DNA of 64,000 nucleotides. Source: Octopus vulgaris. Taxonomy: Eukaryota. Made by a program: the position numbers and the translations under genes. Below the pieces are notes generated by a model. The model worked only from the letters and a program-made list of their open reading frames with translations. It was not told the origin of the DNA and searched no databases. Positions within the stretch are counted from its first letter, which is position 1. Every line of letters begins with the position of its first letter. The stretch spans positions 56,916,001-56,980,000 of the forward strand of contig OX597824.1 in assembly GCA_951406725.2 (NCBI GenBank), read 5' to 3'. Shown here one piece after another: positions 1-14,093 of the stretch.

Positions 1-1870
1 CTACTACTACTACTACTACTGCTGCTGCTGCTGTCACCACTGCTGCTTCCGCCGCTGCTGCTTCCGCCGCTGCTGCTTCCGCCGCTGCTGCTTCCGCCGC
101 TGCTGCTTCCGCCGCTGCTGCTTCCGCCGCTGCTGCTTCCGCCGCTGCTGCTTCCGCCGCTGCTGCTTCCGCCGCTGCTGCTTCCGCCGCTGCCGTCGTC
201 GACGCCGCCGCCTCCACTACTGCCAACGCCGCCACTAACGCCGCCGCGCTGCTGCTGCTGGCGCTGATGTCACTGTTGCCGCTTCCGTCGCTGCCGTTGC
301 CGCTGCCGCTGCCGCTGCCGCTGCCGCCGCCGCTGCCCCGGCCGCCGCCGCTGCCGCTGCCGCCGCCGCTACCGCTGCCGCCGCCGCTGCCGCTGCCGCC
401 GCTGCCACAGCCGCCGCTGCCGCTGCCGCCGCTGCCACAGCCGCCGCTACCGCTGCCGCCGCTACCGCTGCCGCCGCTGCCGCCGCTGCCGCCGCTGCCG
501 CCGCTGCCGCCGCTGCCGCCGCTGCTGCCGCCGCTGCCGCCGCTGCCGCCGCTGCCGCCGCTGCCGACGCTGCCGCCGCTGCCGACGCTGCCGCCGCTGC
601 CGCCGCTACCGCCGCCGCCGCTGCCGCCGCTGCCGCTGCTCCGCAGCTGCCGCTGACGCCGCCGCTGACGCCGCCGCTGACGCCGCCGCTGACGCCGCCG
701 CTGACGCCGCCGCTGCCGCCAACGCCGCTGCCGCCAACGCCGCTGCCGCTAACGCCGCTGCCGCTAACGCCGCTGCCGCTAACGCCGCTGCCGCTAACGC
801 CGCTGCCGCTGCCGCTGCCGCTAACGCCGCCGCTGACGCCACCGCTGCCGCTGACACCGCCGCTACCGCTGACGCCGCCGCTGCCGCTGACGCCACCGCT
901 AACCGCTGACGCCGCCGCTGCTGTCGCCGACGCTCTGTTGTCGCTGCTGCTGTCTCTGCCGCTGCAATCACCGCCGTTGCTGCCGCTGCTTTCGCCGCTT
1001 CTTCCGCCGTTGGTCCCTCCCACTGCTGCCGCCGTTTCTACCACCGCTGCTGTCGCTTCTTCTGCCGCCGCCATTTCTGCCGCTGCTGCTGCGACCGTTG
1101 CTTCAGCTGCTGATGCCACCTCCTTTGTCCCCACCTCCGACGCTGCTGCTAATTTGCTGCTGCCACTGGTACCACCGCCGCTGCTACTGCCGCCGCTGCT
1201 GCTGCCACCGCTGCTGCTGCTGCCGCTGCTGCTTACGCCGCTGCTGCTGCCGCCGCTGCTGCTGCCGCCGCTGCTGCTGCCGCCGCTGCTGCGACCGTTG
1301 CTTCAGCTGCTGATGCCACCTCCTTTGTCCCCACCTCCGACGCTGCTGCTAATTTGCTGCTGCCACTGGTACCACCGCCGCTGCTACTGCCGCCGCTGCT
1401 GCTGCCGCCGCTGCTGCTGCTGCCGCTGCTGCTTACGCCGCTGCTGCTGCCGCCGCTGCTGCTGCCGCTGCTGCTGCTGCGCCGCTGCTGCTGCCGCCGC
1501 TGCTGCTGCCGCCGCTGCTGCTGCCGCCGCTGCTGCTGCCGCCGCTGCTGTCGCCGCCGCTGCTGCTGCCGCCGCTGCTGCTGCCGCCGCTGCTGCTGCA
1601 GCCGCTGCTGCTGCCGCCGCTGCTGCTGCCGCCGCTGCTGCTGCCGCCGCTGCTGCTACCGCCGCTGCTGCTGCCGCCGCTGCTGCTGCCGCCGCCGCTA
1701 CTGCTGCCGCCGCTGCTGCTGCCGCCGCTGCTGCTACCGCCGCTGCTGCTGATATTAGTGTTGGTGATAGGGATGATGATGTTGGTGGTGGTGGTGGTGG
1801 TTGCGGTAGTGATGATGATGATGATGAGGATGATGATGAGGAGGAGGAGGTGGAGGAGGAGAGGAGATGG
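1..1870. repeat. GC-rich (GCC/GCT)n compound microsatellite/minisatellite
   Basis: 15-nt unit CTTCCGCCGCTGCTG tandem at ~46-190, GCCGCT/GCTGAC variants, and a 200-bp direct repeat (GCGACCGTTG at 1091 and 1291); ends in (GGT)n(GAT)n(GAG)n. Confidence 0.9.
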
Positions 1871-3998
1871 TACATAGAGATAGAATCACGATTCCTTTCG
1901 TATAAATTATATTCCCAAGTAACTTGATACCCCAACTTCATTTCCTTTCTCCCCTCTGTCAACTCACTGATTTCTTGGAGTCCCTATTTCTTCCTTGCTT
2001 GTTAATGCTGTTGTTGTTTTTATGGCTGTTAGTCTTTCCATTGTCATCATTGTTATGCTTGTTGTTGTCTTCTCACTCAGACTACTTCTTTTTGTACTCC
2101 TCCCCATGTATTTACTGTTTTCTTCAGGACTCACCACCACTATCAAAACCACCACCATCGCCGCCGCCGCCATTTGTACACACACACACACACACATAAA
2201 CTAGTCTAGACTATCCGTGACCCGTTCGGTCTCCCAGCAACAGAGTTTTGTTCCGTGGGTTTTTTTTTCTCCAGGTTATTTCGCATACTTTCAACGAATG
2301 TGACATCGAAATCACGCTTTTCTCAGAACAGGTAAGATTTGGCTGCTATTTCTTGCACGCCATGCTACCACGTAACAGGTATCTTGGGGTCCTTTATTGC
2401 AAATAGCTGTTACATGGTAGCAGGACGTGCTAGAAATAGCAGCCAAATCTTTGAATGCACTGGAAAAAAAACCATTGGGAAAAAACTATTTCATACCGAA
2501 GTTACGAATATTTACGAAATATTTATCGTATTTTTAAAGTAATTTTCACTTTAAACTGTTTAGATATGCAAAAAAAAAAAACACAAAAAAACCCCAAAAA
2601 GTTGTAATGGTATTCATTTGAAAATAATAAAAAAAAAACATTAACATATATTCTCTGTTTAAAGAAAAATAAAATATAAATACTTACTGTAGAAACAACT
2701 TACACTTTTGAAATCACAGTTACTTAAAAATATTTCTAAATGATTAAAATCTAGTGTTTAACAAAAGCGAAAATAGAAACATTTACTGTAAAAAAAATCG
2801 TATTTTTTTCGTTGTCAACTCACTGTGTCTAATCGAAAGATAATAATTTCTTTCTTTTCAGGATGAAGATTATTTTCGGAACATTTTCTCATTATGCACC
2901 ATTTTGGGTATTTATACCACAAAAACCTCTAATATCTCGAAAATCACTTTACCGATTTACGCGAAACTTGTATCATTCCGTTCGTATTAACATTTCAGAT
3001 AAACTTAATTCATAGTATTTTCCCATTATGCGCCAGTTTGGTTGAGTAACATTGCAAGCAAGATTCAATCTGATTTTTACTACTGTATATATATATATAT
3101 ATATACACATGCATACAAAAGCACATACAAATACACATATATGCTTACATATGTGCATATATCAATCTGTGTATCATACTTAGAGCAGATACATGATGGA
3201 AAGCCTAATTAACTGCGGTTTTCCCCTCATTATCTCTTAGATACATACAGTGTAAAAAAAGAATCGTTTAGCAGTCGTAGTTTTGTTGCTAAATGCGAAT
3301 TTATGTCTCTTTGGGTTTTGTTAGAAGCGAGTATTGGGCCCATCATCAGTTTATATACATTAATTATGGTACATATATGTCTATTTTAATTTAATATTGA
3401 CTCAAATGCATGTATACACATATGTATGTATGTATTTATGCATGTGTGCAATCATACACACACATACACGGAGACATGCACACAGATGCGTACTGATTTG
3501 TTTAGTTATTTCTTATGTCATGTTGTATAATGTTGTATAACGTTTCCGTCCCATTCTCTGTTGTTTCATATAAAACCATGTGTATATATCCCACCTGTTT
3601 TCTAATTCAATTATAATAAACATTGTATGAATCAATGGATCCTTGTAGTAAAAAAGGAAATATATGTATATATTGCTGTTGTCGTTATTCGGTAACACAT
3701 TTATCCGGTACACGACGGATATGGGGTTTGAATGATGAGGTAGGGTAGTGCATTGGTGGAACCGTTAGAATGCCAGACAAATACCGCTGTTGTCAACTTT
3801 GTTTTCACACATCTGGAAACGGCAAAGAAAATACAAATCATTTATTGGGGCGATATAATCCATTGTCCTCCTCTACTTTGCCTTTCATACTTTCAGGATC
3901 GACAAAATAAGCACCAGTTAAGCATTGGGTCGATGTAAAAGACTAGTCCCACCACTAAAAGGAAAAACAATTCAGGCCTTGTGCCTATGGTAGAAAGA

Positions 3999-4054
<56 letters not shown>

Positions 4055-4055
4055 G

Positions 4056-4614
<559 letters not shown>

Positions 4615-4647
4615 CATCATCATCAACATCATTTTTATTATTCCTTC

Positions 4648-5147
4648 GTAACACAGTGTATGTAAAAATGCACCGGGGTGTTTAGTGATCTGTCAAGTCA
4701 CAACAAGGACCTCAGGTAGATAATACTTTCCTTAAGATGTCTTTTTGCAAGACATCAATCTTGAATGGGATATTCAGTCACCTTAAAAAGCTTTGGAGTT
4801 TCAATGAGAGTGAACCCAACGTTCCGATCACTACTGTTATCGCTTTTACATTACCCTCTCGCATTCTATACAGTCTTGCCATTTCCACTTTCAATTCGGA
4901 GTACTTGGTGATTCTTTCAACCGCTTTACTCACAACATTCATGTCATTTGGTATGGCCACATCAATGATCTGACAGTATTTGAATCTCTTATTCAATATG
5001 ACAGTATCCGGCCGATGGTGTTCGATTACACGATTCGTCTGAAAATTATAGTCCCAGAGTATCGTTACTTTTACATCTTCCTGCATAACTTTACTTGGTA
5101 CATGCTCATACCAGTTCTCTGTTACTTCATTTACTGCAAAAGAGCCA
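4648..5147 (-). mobile_element. 5'-truncated R4/Dong-like non-LTR retrotransposon (restriction-like endonuclease C-terminus)
   Basis: WYEHVP..ILWDYNFQT..RPD..IIDVAIP..KYSEL..VVIGTLG matches the PD-(D/E)xK RLE domain; flanked on both sides by (TAA)n. Confidence 0.8.
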
Positions 5148-5206
<59 letters not shown>

Positions 5207-6063
5207 CTTCATCATCATCATCATCATCATCATTATTCTCAAACTCTCAAACTCAACTCATAACGTCTAGGGCTAAACTCTGTCACTTTTGTGATCTTGG
5301 TAACTTTTTCCTTTAGGCTCAAATTGCTAATAAGCCACCCACTTAATTTGTCGATTACACTTTTACGGTTTTGAAAATCAGCACATGTTTTCTTATATGA
5401 TTGACAGAGGTGGAGTTTAACCCTAGGCGTTAAGAGTCACTGATGAGGATTAAGATGGTCTACATCAAGATCCCAAATTGTCGATCCGACTATATACGCT
5501 GGGGATTTCTCTTTGTCAGTCATTAAGATAGTGCTCTGTGGCTTTTGAGTTGTTTAACTCCTCTTTCTAGCGATAGTGGGGCAAGTCAGTACCTTCTGTC
5601 TCTTTTGTGACCTCTCTCTGTCTCTGTCTGTCTGTCTGTCTGTATCTCTCTATATATGTATATATATGTATATGTGTGTGTGTCTGTATCTGTGTTTGTC
5701 CAGCACTGCCTGACAACAGTGTTGGCGTGTTTACGTCCTTTAGCATTTCGGCCGTACAGACAGACAAAATAAGAACCAGGCATAAAAGGAAAAAAGTATT
5801 GCAGTCGATCCATTCGATTAAGTTCCACAATGCGGTGCCCCAGCATGGCCGCAGTCTAATGACTATTATTGTACTGAAGACAGTGAGCTGGCAGAATTGT
5901 TTGCACATGGTCTAAATGCTAGGCAGTGTTTCGCCCGTCTATATGTTCTGACTTCAAATTCCGAAGTCGATTCTGATTTTCATCCTTTTTGGGTCGATAA
6001 AATAAGTACCAGTTACATGGAACCCCCTCCATATTTACTGGCATTATGCCAAAATAAGAAAGG

Positions 6064-6096
<33 letters not shown>

Positions 6097-6290
6097 TCTA
6101 AATGATATTGGAACGAATCCTTAGCAAACGGAATTAACCTGCCTTTTATTTATAATCTTTCTGAAAAACGTAACTCGTTGTCTCGATTCATCGAGGCAGC
6201 GCACTCTTTCTCTGCGATTATCGCATGCAACTCGAAAAACAACAATAGCAGCAACTGAAATCTTTTATTTTTTATCTTTAATATATTGCA

Positions 6291-6647
6291 GTCATTATAC
6301 TGTGGCCAATGTGGCCACAGTATAAAGAAGAATTTTTAGTCGAATGAATCGACCCAAGTACTTTTTTTAAGCCTGGTACTTATTTTTTTACCGAACCGCT
6401 TGGCTACGGGGGCGTAAATAAACCAACACCAGTTGTCAAGCGGTGGAGGGGGTCAAACACAGTCATACACACACGCGCACGCACACACACACATCATTCA
6501 CTTTCCGTCTACCAAATCCACTCACGAGGTTTTGGTCGGCCTGAACCGTAGTAGAAAACACTTCCGCAAGGTATCATGCAGTGGCACTGAACCCAGAACC
6601 ATGTGGTTGGAAAGCAAGTTTCTTACCACACAGCCATGCCTGTGCCT
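6291..6647 (-). mobile_element. tRNA-derived SINE, family 1 (CORE-like)
   Basis: Reverse complement of GGCATGGCTGTGTGGTAAGAAACTTGC...GGTTCAGT; tail motif AGTACCAGGCTT. Confidence 0.75.
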
Positions 6648-7408
6648 AGACAAAAATATCTTTTTATCCTATAATTCAATTTAGCTTTATGTATTTCTTA
6701 TTTTTTTCCCCTTCTTTCTAGATTTACAAACATTCTAAGTATTCGAGTTCAAATACTTTTGGAGGAATTTTTGATACGAGAAAATATGTCTGAGGGGCCA
6801 ACATTAGGTGTAAGATCGACTAGAATGTATCAAATGGCGTGATATTTGTGACAAAATCTCAGTGACGAAACTCAAGTTATTCGGAAAATCTAAAAGTTTT
6901 AGAAATAGTGACAGAATTCACTGGGCCCCCTCTTCATCCTTGCGTATCTAGCACGCGCACGCACACACACAAGAGACACACACAGACGCATTCACAGATG
7001 CACGCACACGTGTATAACCATACGTACTTACCTATACCTATGTGTTTATCATTGTGTTTGCTCGATAAAACATTAGACTGACCAAAACAAAAATAAAAAG
7101 TAAATAAAAAAAGAAGCTATTTTGTATTTCTTTTTCTGGAGAATAAGAGTTCTTCTTTGAAACAGTTGTAATGTAAATAATGTCCAAAATTTGCAATTTG
7201 AGAGCAAGGATCCCAGGAATTACCATTTTATTTATTTTCTTCAGAATAAGAAATTGAAACTTAATATTATTTCTGATCGCATTTTCACGTTCTACAAGGA
7301 TTAAATACCGCTGCTCCGTACGTACATACATACATATGCATATATATACATTCATTCATGCATACATATATTTACATACATTTATGTATGTATCTATATA
7401 TTCTCCCC

Positions 7409-7513
<105 letters not shown>

Positions 7514-7521
7514 ATTTTTTA

Positions 7522-7722
7522 TTTGTTTCAGCCATTTGACTGCGGCCATACTGGAGCAGCACCTTTATTCGGACAAATCGACCACAGGGCTTATTCTTTG
7601 TAAGCCTAGTACTTATTCTATCTGTCTCTTTTGCCGAAACGCTAAGTTACGGTGACGTGAACACACAGACATCGGTTGTCAAGCGATGGTGGGGGGACAA
7701 AAACAGACACACAAACATACAT

Positions 7723-7793
<71 letters not shown>

Positions 7794-7926
7794 CGACAGG
7801 CTTCTTTCGGTTTCCGTCTACCAAATCCACTCACAAGGCTTTGGTCGGCCTGAGGCTATAGAAGAAAACACTTGCCCAAGGTGCCACGCAGTGTGACTGA
7901 ACCCGGAACTATGTGGTTGGTAAGCA
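7522..7926 (-). mobile_element. tRNA-derived SINE, family 1
   Basis: GGCACCTTGGGCAAGT core and GAGTGGATTTGGTAGACGGAAAC on the minus strand; internal (TA)n(TG)n. Confidence 0.8.
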
Positions 7927-7934
7927 GTCACTCG

Positions 7935-7983
<49 letters not shown>

Positions 7984-7984
7984 A

Positions 7985-8440
7985 TTGGGTCATCCCATAA
8001 ATAATGCGTTTTTTTATACTTCTTTTATTTTTCAAAATTCAAATAAACAAAGCTATTTTTTAATCTAAAATATATTCTCCTTTATTTTCTACAATGCTTT
8101 CCCATCATCTATCTGATAGACTTGCAAGGCCTGACTTCCAAAATTCACTTGTCCGTGACGAAAAATACTCCTCCACTACTGTTATGACCTCGTCTGCAGA
8201 ATTCATATTTTTTTCCGTCCAAATGATTTTGAAGAGTGCGGAATAAATGATAACCAGTTGGGACAATGTCTGGCGAATATGGTAGCTAGGGCATCGATAC
8301 CCATTCAAACTGCTCCAGCCTTTGGAATGTCATCCTCGCTGTGGCCGTGCATTATCCTGATGGAAGAACATCTTTCGTCTTGAACTCAAAGATGGTCATT
8401 TTTATTCTAGCGCTGACTTGAATGACTGGTTGAATGACCA
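7985..8440 (-). mobile_element. mariner 3' remnant
   Basis: TA+TTGGGTCATCCCATAAATAATGCG terminal repeat; minus-strand HQDNAR and EFWKSGLASL motifs of a decayed mariner transposase. Confidence 0.65.
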
Positions 8441-8449
8441 AATCCGAGC

Positions 8450-8825
8450 TACTCTGCTAGTTCCTCAACAGTTACGGTGGGATTTTGTTCCACCAGGGTT
8501 TGCAGTACTGTTTTTTCTTCATTTGTATTGTTTTTTCTTCATTTGTATTGCTTTTACGTCCTGTTTTTGTCACTTGTTTTACCCCTCTGCAAAAGAATTT
8601 TATTTAATTCCTTTTGCAGGAAGGACTGCTTTGACTGTGTTCTGTCCTTACCTTCGAAACACACTTTGAATCGAACCAGGGACAACTGATGAAGGGGAAT
8701 TTTCCTTGTATTGTTTGTCCTGTACTCTGTTTTTTCGTTGTTTAAAAAAAGTCCGTTTCCTTGTTTGATTTTATGTTCTCGTCTCTCGTTGTGTTCTACG
8801 TTTATTTGTGGTGTCCTGTACTCAC
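8450..8825 (+). mobile_element. PLE-derived short element, family B (related deleted copy at ~15470-15630, minus strand)
   Basis: T-rich body ending at (CA)/(TA) microsatellite; carries hammerhead core strands; shares GAAAC..GAA(A/C)CAGGGA(C/G)AACTG and TGTCCTGTAC-like end with 15470-15630. Confidence 0.55.
8636..8697 (+). ncRNA. candidate non-circularly permuted hammerhead ribozyme (family B)
   Basis: TGTGT-T-CTGTCC ... CCTTC-GAA-ACACA ... GGACAA-CTGATGA-AGGGG; stem III TGTGT/ACACA, stem I TGTCC/GGACA, stem II GGGG/CTTC. Confidence 0.55.
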
Positions 8826-10527
8826 ACACACACGCATATATATATATGTATGCATGTATATATACATGTAGATGTAAGTATGTACATATATGTATGTATA
8901 TATCATTATATTTTATTCATTTATTATATTACTATATATATATACATTACATATATGTACTAATGGACATAAATACATATATACATACACACATACACAA
9001 CATACCGACACACACAACACATAGATACAATATTTAAACAATAAGGCAAATGCACCTACATGTAATGCAATTACACATATGCACACTCAACTCGCATAAT
9101 GCCCACGCACATGCACTCCCTCATTCACACGTATGCACATTCACACACATACACAGGCACCCATACACACAAGCACAGACATATGCACACAAATATTCCG
9201 CGTAAAATACGTAAGAGTGCAGCAAATGAACCAGAGATGCAACCTCTATATTGTCACAAAATCTCCTGAAACCAATATAAATTTACTTCAGCGGCAACCT
9301 AGAAGTATGTGTACTAGAATATACATGGTAAGGAAATACCCCAAAAGTTGCAGGAACAAAACAGCAAAAAGAAAAAGGACAATGCCCGCCACAAAAAACA
9401 AAAACAAAAGACAAACAAACAAATAATCAAAAATAAAGGTTATTAATTTATGTAAGAAACAAAGGGGTGAGTGCGTTTACCACTTAAACAATTGTCTTTC
9501 GTCAACAACAAACAGAGAAATAAATGAAAAGAGAAGACAGTTCCGTGAATGCTTAAAATGAAAACACATAGTTTTTCCTTCTGTTCTTGACAAATGAACA
9601 TTGTCTCGAAACAGTGAATCTCCTATTTCATCACCCAAACTTCTAAACAGCTGCTGAGTGCATCTTTTTATATTTTTTCACACAAGGTTTGTTGACCTCT
9701 TATAAGAAGACAGGCACATTCTCATGCTTCCAGTTATAAAGAGAATATTATAGTGATTGCTATTTAAATCAGTCACAAACCAGAGTTTAACTGTAATGAC
9801 TAGATTCATTTGCATACATTGCAATTGCTTATTCACATTAAACAGCAATTGCATATACACATACAAATATACATCCGCATACATGCACTTACATTTACAA
9901 TAGAGACAAGCTGCCATTGGGCTAAATTTACGTCACAGTTTTGAATGTGTCGAAAAATTGACACTCTTGATATTTTACAGAAATGCATGAGCACCACAGC
10001 ACTTACTCTTCATCCACTAACCCATTTATGGATACTGAAGATTTATAAGTTGTCAGATATTCATGGCTTCTCTCACACAACGGTATGTTAGATATATGAT
10101 TTATGAAAAAACCCAGTCCCGCCCCGCACATACACACAAGAAAATATTTGTACTTTATAAATATGAAGTCTGTATGTATTTATGCCCTTGTGTGAATGTG
10201 TGTCTGTGAATATAATCAAAGCTCCCCTATACACATCTATCAATCATCCCATTGCTTGTGATATATTATTTCCTCATCTTTTACGCGCCCACTTATACAT
10301 ACATGTTTATACTCATGCACAACCAAACTCACACATATTCAGATACATATTAACATGCACACACATACTTACTTATGTTTGTGTTTGTATGTATATATGT
10401 ATGTATACATCCACATAAGCTATTCATTGTAAGCTTTATATATATATATATATATATATATACACGCATGCATAAATATATATTACATGTATATGTATAT
10501 ATGGGCATGTGTATATATCCTTATCAG

Positions 10528-10600
<73 letters not shown>

Positions 10601-10631
10601 CGTATGTATATATATGTATACACATTCACAT

Positions 10632-10794
10632 TGGCGCAGGCGTGGCTCTGTAGCAAGAAGCTTGCTTCTAAGCCATGTGGTTCTAGGTTCAGTCCTACTG
10701 CGAGGCACCTTGGGCAAGTGCCTTCTACTATAGACTCGGGTTGAACAAAGCCTTGTAAACAGATTTGATAGACGGAAACTGAAAAACGTCCTGC

Positions 10795-10795
<1 letters not shown>
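10632..10795 (+). mobile_element. SINE family 1, 5' half
   Basis: GGCGCAGGCGTGGCT..GGTTCAGTCC..GGCACCTTGGGCAAGT. Confidence 0.75.
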
Positions 10796-10877
<82 letters not shown>

Positions 10878-11490
10878 CACGACCGACTTCCATTCTGACT
10901 GATAGGTCGTAAGTCGATCTGGTCGTATGTCGGATTTATATTTTTCAACACTATTTTTATTCAAATGCAACTGGTGCTTGAAAGCGACTGAGAGACTGTG
11001 GCAGGTAGTGGTCACTTGGGTTTGAAGGAGGCCTGCGTTGTAAGATGCTGCCATAGTTATTGTATGCGTAGCTATCAAACGCCCGAAAATCTATTTCTAT
11101 TTTTTCTTTATTTTTTTATTGTTTTACATTTTTGGTCGTAAGTGCGGGTGGTCCTAAGTCGCAAAAGTCGTAAATCGAGGAGAAGGTGTAAATATGTACA
11201 CATACAAACGCCCAGGAATGCACAGATACACAACCCACACAACCCCACGTACACACAAACACACACACCTATATGCACACACACACATAGACGTACACAC
11301 GTACACACAAACACATACACATACATACTCAAGCACACGCGCATACACGCAACAAAACGTATACATAACTCGACACACATCATGTTCACACACATATACA
11401 CACGCACGCACATACACACATGCACACACACACATACACACACACGCACATACATATAAACGTACATACACATACATACACGCACATATA

Positions 11491-13140
11491 CAGTTGCGGC
11501 CCAAATGTTCAGAACGGCATTGTTTTTGTCAGAAAAGTAGATATAAGTTTTTATCAAAGTTGTTTTATATTCTATAATTTTCAGAGACAATAAATACAAT
11601 ATTAATTGGTATTGTCTGAGATTTTGATGTAATTTGAGTGGATAATACAAAAGTTATGGATGATATAGTGATTTACTGCAAAACCCATGGTAGCCAAAAT
11701 GATCAGAACGGTTGAAAAAATAACAAAATAATAAAAAATGACAGAGAATGCTGGAATTATTTCATATTTAGTTGTGAAGCCCTTTAGCTTCAATCAAACT
11801 TTGACATCTTTGACTGCATGAGGAAATTACATTTTCAATTTCTTGCTGGGTGATCTGATTCCATTCTTCCTGAAGGGCATTTCATAATTGCTCGGTTGTT
11901 TTAGGATTTCTGGCTTTCGAACGTTCTCCAGGAGACCTGGATGTTGTCTTTCCGACTCCAGCACATGTTTTCAATAGGATTGAAATCTGGGCTTTGAGCA
12001 AGCCAATCCATAATAATAACCTTTTCAGCCTTGAGGAAGTTCATGAGCGCCTTAGCCTTGTGACATGGGGCATTGTCCTGCATGAATATGGGTGGTCGCT
12101 TAGTTGAATTTCTCAGCACAGGCAAGCCATGATCTTTTACAAGTTGTTTATAAACTCCTGCATTTATCTTTCCATGTAATCGCACCAAAGGGCCCACACC
12201 ATCTCCAGATATCATCCCCCAAACCATGACACTTCCTCCACCGAATTTAACATTAGTCTTAAGGCATTTAGGCGACAATTTTTCACCTGCTTTTCGACGA
12301 ACGTACCTTTTCCCATCTGAGCCAAATAACATAGACTTAGATTCATCACTGAAATGCACCGTTTGCCATTTTTCTTGAGACCACAACACATGTTCGGTTG
12401 CAAAGGTAAGACGACACTTTTTATTCTTGGAGCTGATCAGTGGCTTCACTGCAGGTGCTCTTGCTTGTAGGTCATGTTCAACTAAACGACGAGACACAGT
12501 TTTTCGAGATAAAGTTTTCTTCAGTACAATGCTCATTTCTCGAGAAACAGCAGCAGCAGTTTTAAATCTAACCTGTTTAACCAACCTTACCATAGCACGA
12601 TCTTCTCTCTTGGTCGTTTTTCTTGGCCTACCTGTAGACTTTCTTGCTTCACACGAACCACAATTATCGTAGACCTTAAGAATACCGTGAACAACACTTT
12701 TTGACTTGTTAACAATCTTTGCAATAGACCCAATACTTAAATTATCCTTCTTTCGAAGCTTAATAATCTGCTGACGAATTGGTAACGGAGTAAGTGGCAT
12801 TATATTAACAAAATACACTGCAGATATTCTTACGGCGTGTTTAGTAAATGAACCTTCACGTAAACAAATTCAAAACATTAGAGTTCGCTGGTTAAATATA
12901 CTAAAACATGAAGTAAAGGCAACCATTCTGATCATTTTGGCCGCCATGGGTTTTGCAGTAAATCCTTAAATCATCCATAACTTTTGTATTATCCTCTCAA
13001 ATTACACCAAAATCTCAGACAATAACAAATAATATCGTATTTATTGTCTGTGAAAATTATAGAATATAAAACAACTTTGATAAAAAATTATATCTACTTT
13101 TCTGACGAAAATAATGCCGTTCTGAACATTTTGGCCGCAA

Positions 13141-13143
<3 letters not shown>
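11491..13143 (-). mobile_element. Tc1-family DNA transposon with long IR/DR-type terminal inverted repeats
   Basis: TA|CAGTTGCGGCC...GGCCGCAACTG|TA; ~225-bp TIRs (11491-11715 and 12920-13143); internal transposase. Confidence 0.95.
11790..12818 (-). pseudogene. Tc1 DD34E transposase, frameshifted near C-terminus
   Basis: HTH, GRPRKT, FSDES, GGGSVMVWG, QDNAPCH, SPDFNPIEN; sequence departs from the Tc1 consensus after NPIEN. Confidence 0.9.
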
Positions 13144-13235
<92 letters not shown>

Positions 13236-13297
13236 CGCGTGTGCGTGTGTGTGTATATATATATTTTCTGTTATTCTTTTATCTTTTTATTCTTTTA

Positions 13298-13650
13298 TTT
13301 GTTTCAGTTATTTGACTGCGGCCATGCTGGGGCACCGCCCTTAGTCGAGCAAATCAACCCCAGGACATATTCTTTGTAAGCCTATCGGTCTCTTTTGCCA
13401 AACCGCCAAGTTACGGGGACGTAAACACAGTAGCATCGGTTGTCAAGCGATGTTGGGGGACAAACACAGGCACACAAACACACACAATACACACATATAT
13501 ATATATATACATATATATTACGGGCTTCATTCAGTTTCCGTCTACCAAATCCACTCACAAGTCTTTGGTCGGCCCAAGGCTATAGGTGCCACGCAGTGGG
13601 ACTGAACCCGGAACCATATGGCTGGTAAGCAAGCTACTTACCACACAACC
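13298..13650 (-). mobile_element. SINE family 1
   Basis: Same motifs as 7522-7926; further partial copies at 13790-13975(+), 15170-15310(-), 15770-15930(-), 18110-18590(-), 27335-27680(+), 31005-31140(+), 47375-47620(-). Confidence 0.75.
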
Positions 13651-13654
13651 AGTC

Positions 13655-13685
<31 letters not shown>

Positions 13686-13731
13686 TGTATGTATGTATGT
13701 ATGTATGTATGTATGAATGTATGTATGTATG

Positions 13732-13765
<34 letters not shown>

Positions 13766-14011
13766 TGTATGTATGTATGTATGTGTGTGTGTGTTTCTCC
13801 ACCACCACCGCTTGACAACCGGTGTTGGTGTTTACATCCCCGTAACATAGCGGTTCAGAAAAAGAGACTGATTGAATAAGTGCCAGGTTTTAAAAAAATA
13901 AGTCGATTTGTTCGACTAATAAACCCTTCAAAGTGACTCCCCAGCATGACCGCAGTCATAATGACGGAAACAAGTAAATATATACGTAGATACATACATA
14001 CATACACACAC

Positions 14012-14093
<82 letters not shown>

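Noticed and set aside
235-1962. Long poly-Ala/Pro/Leu/Cys ORFs
   Set aside because: Open in several frames on both strands because the GC triplet repeats lack stops; internal 200-bp duplication breaks frame
5422-5550. CTGATGAG with GGAT/ATCC stem and possible AAGAGTCA/TGGCTTTT stem I
   Set aside because: No GAAA strand or stem III in either order; at best a heavily decayed hammerhead
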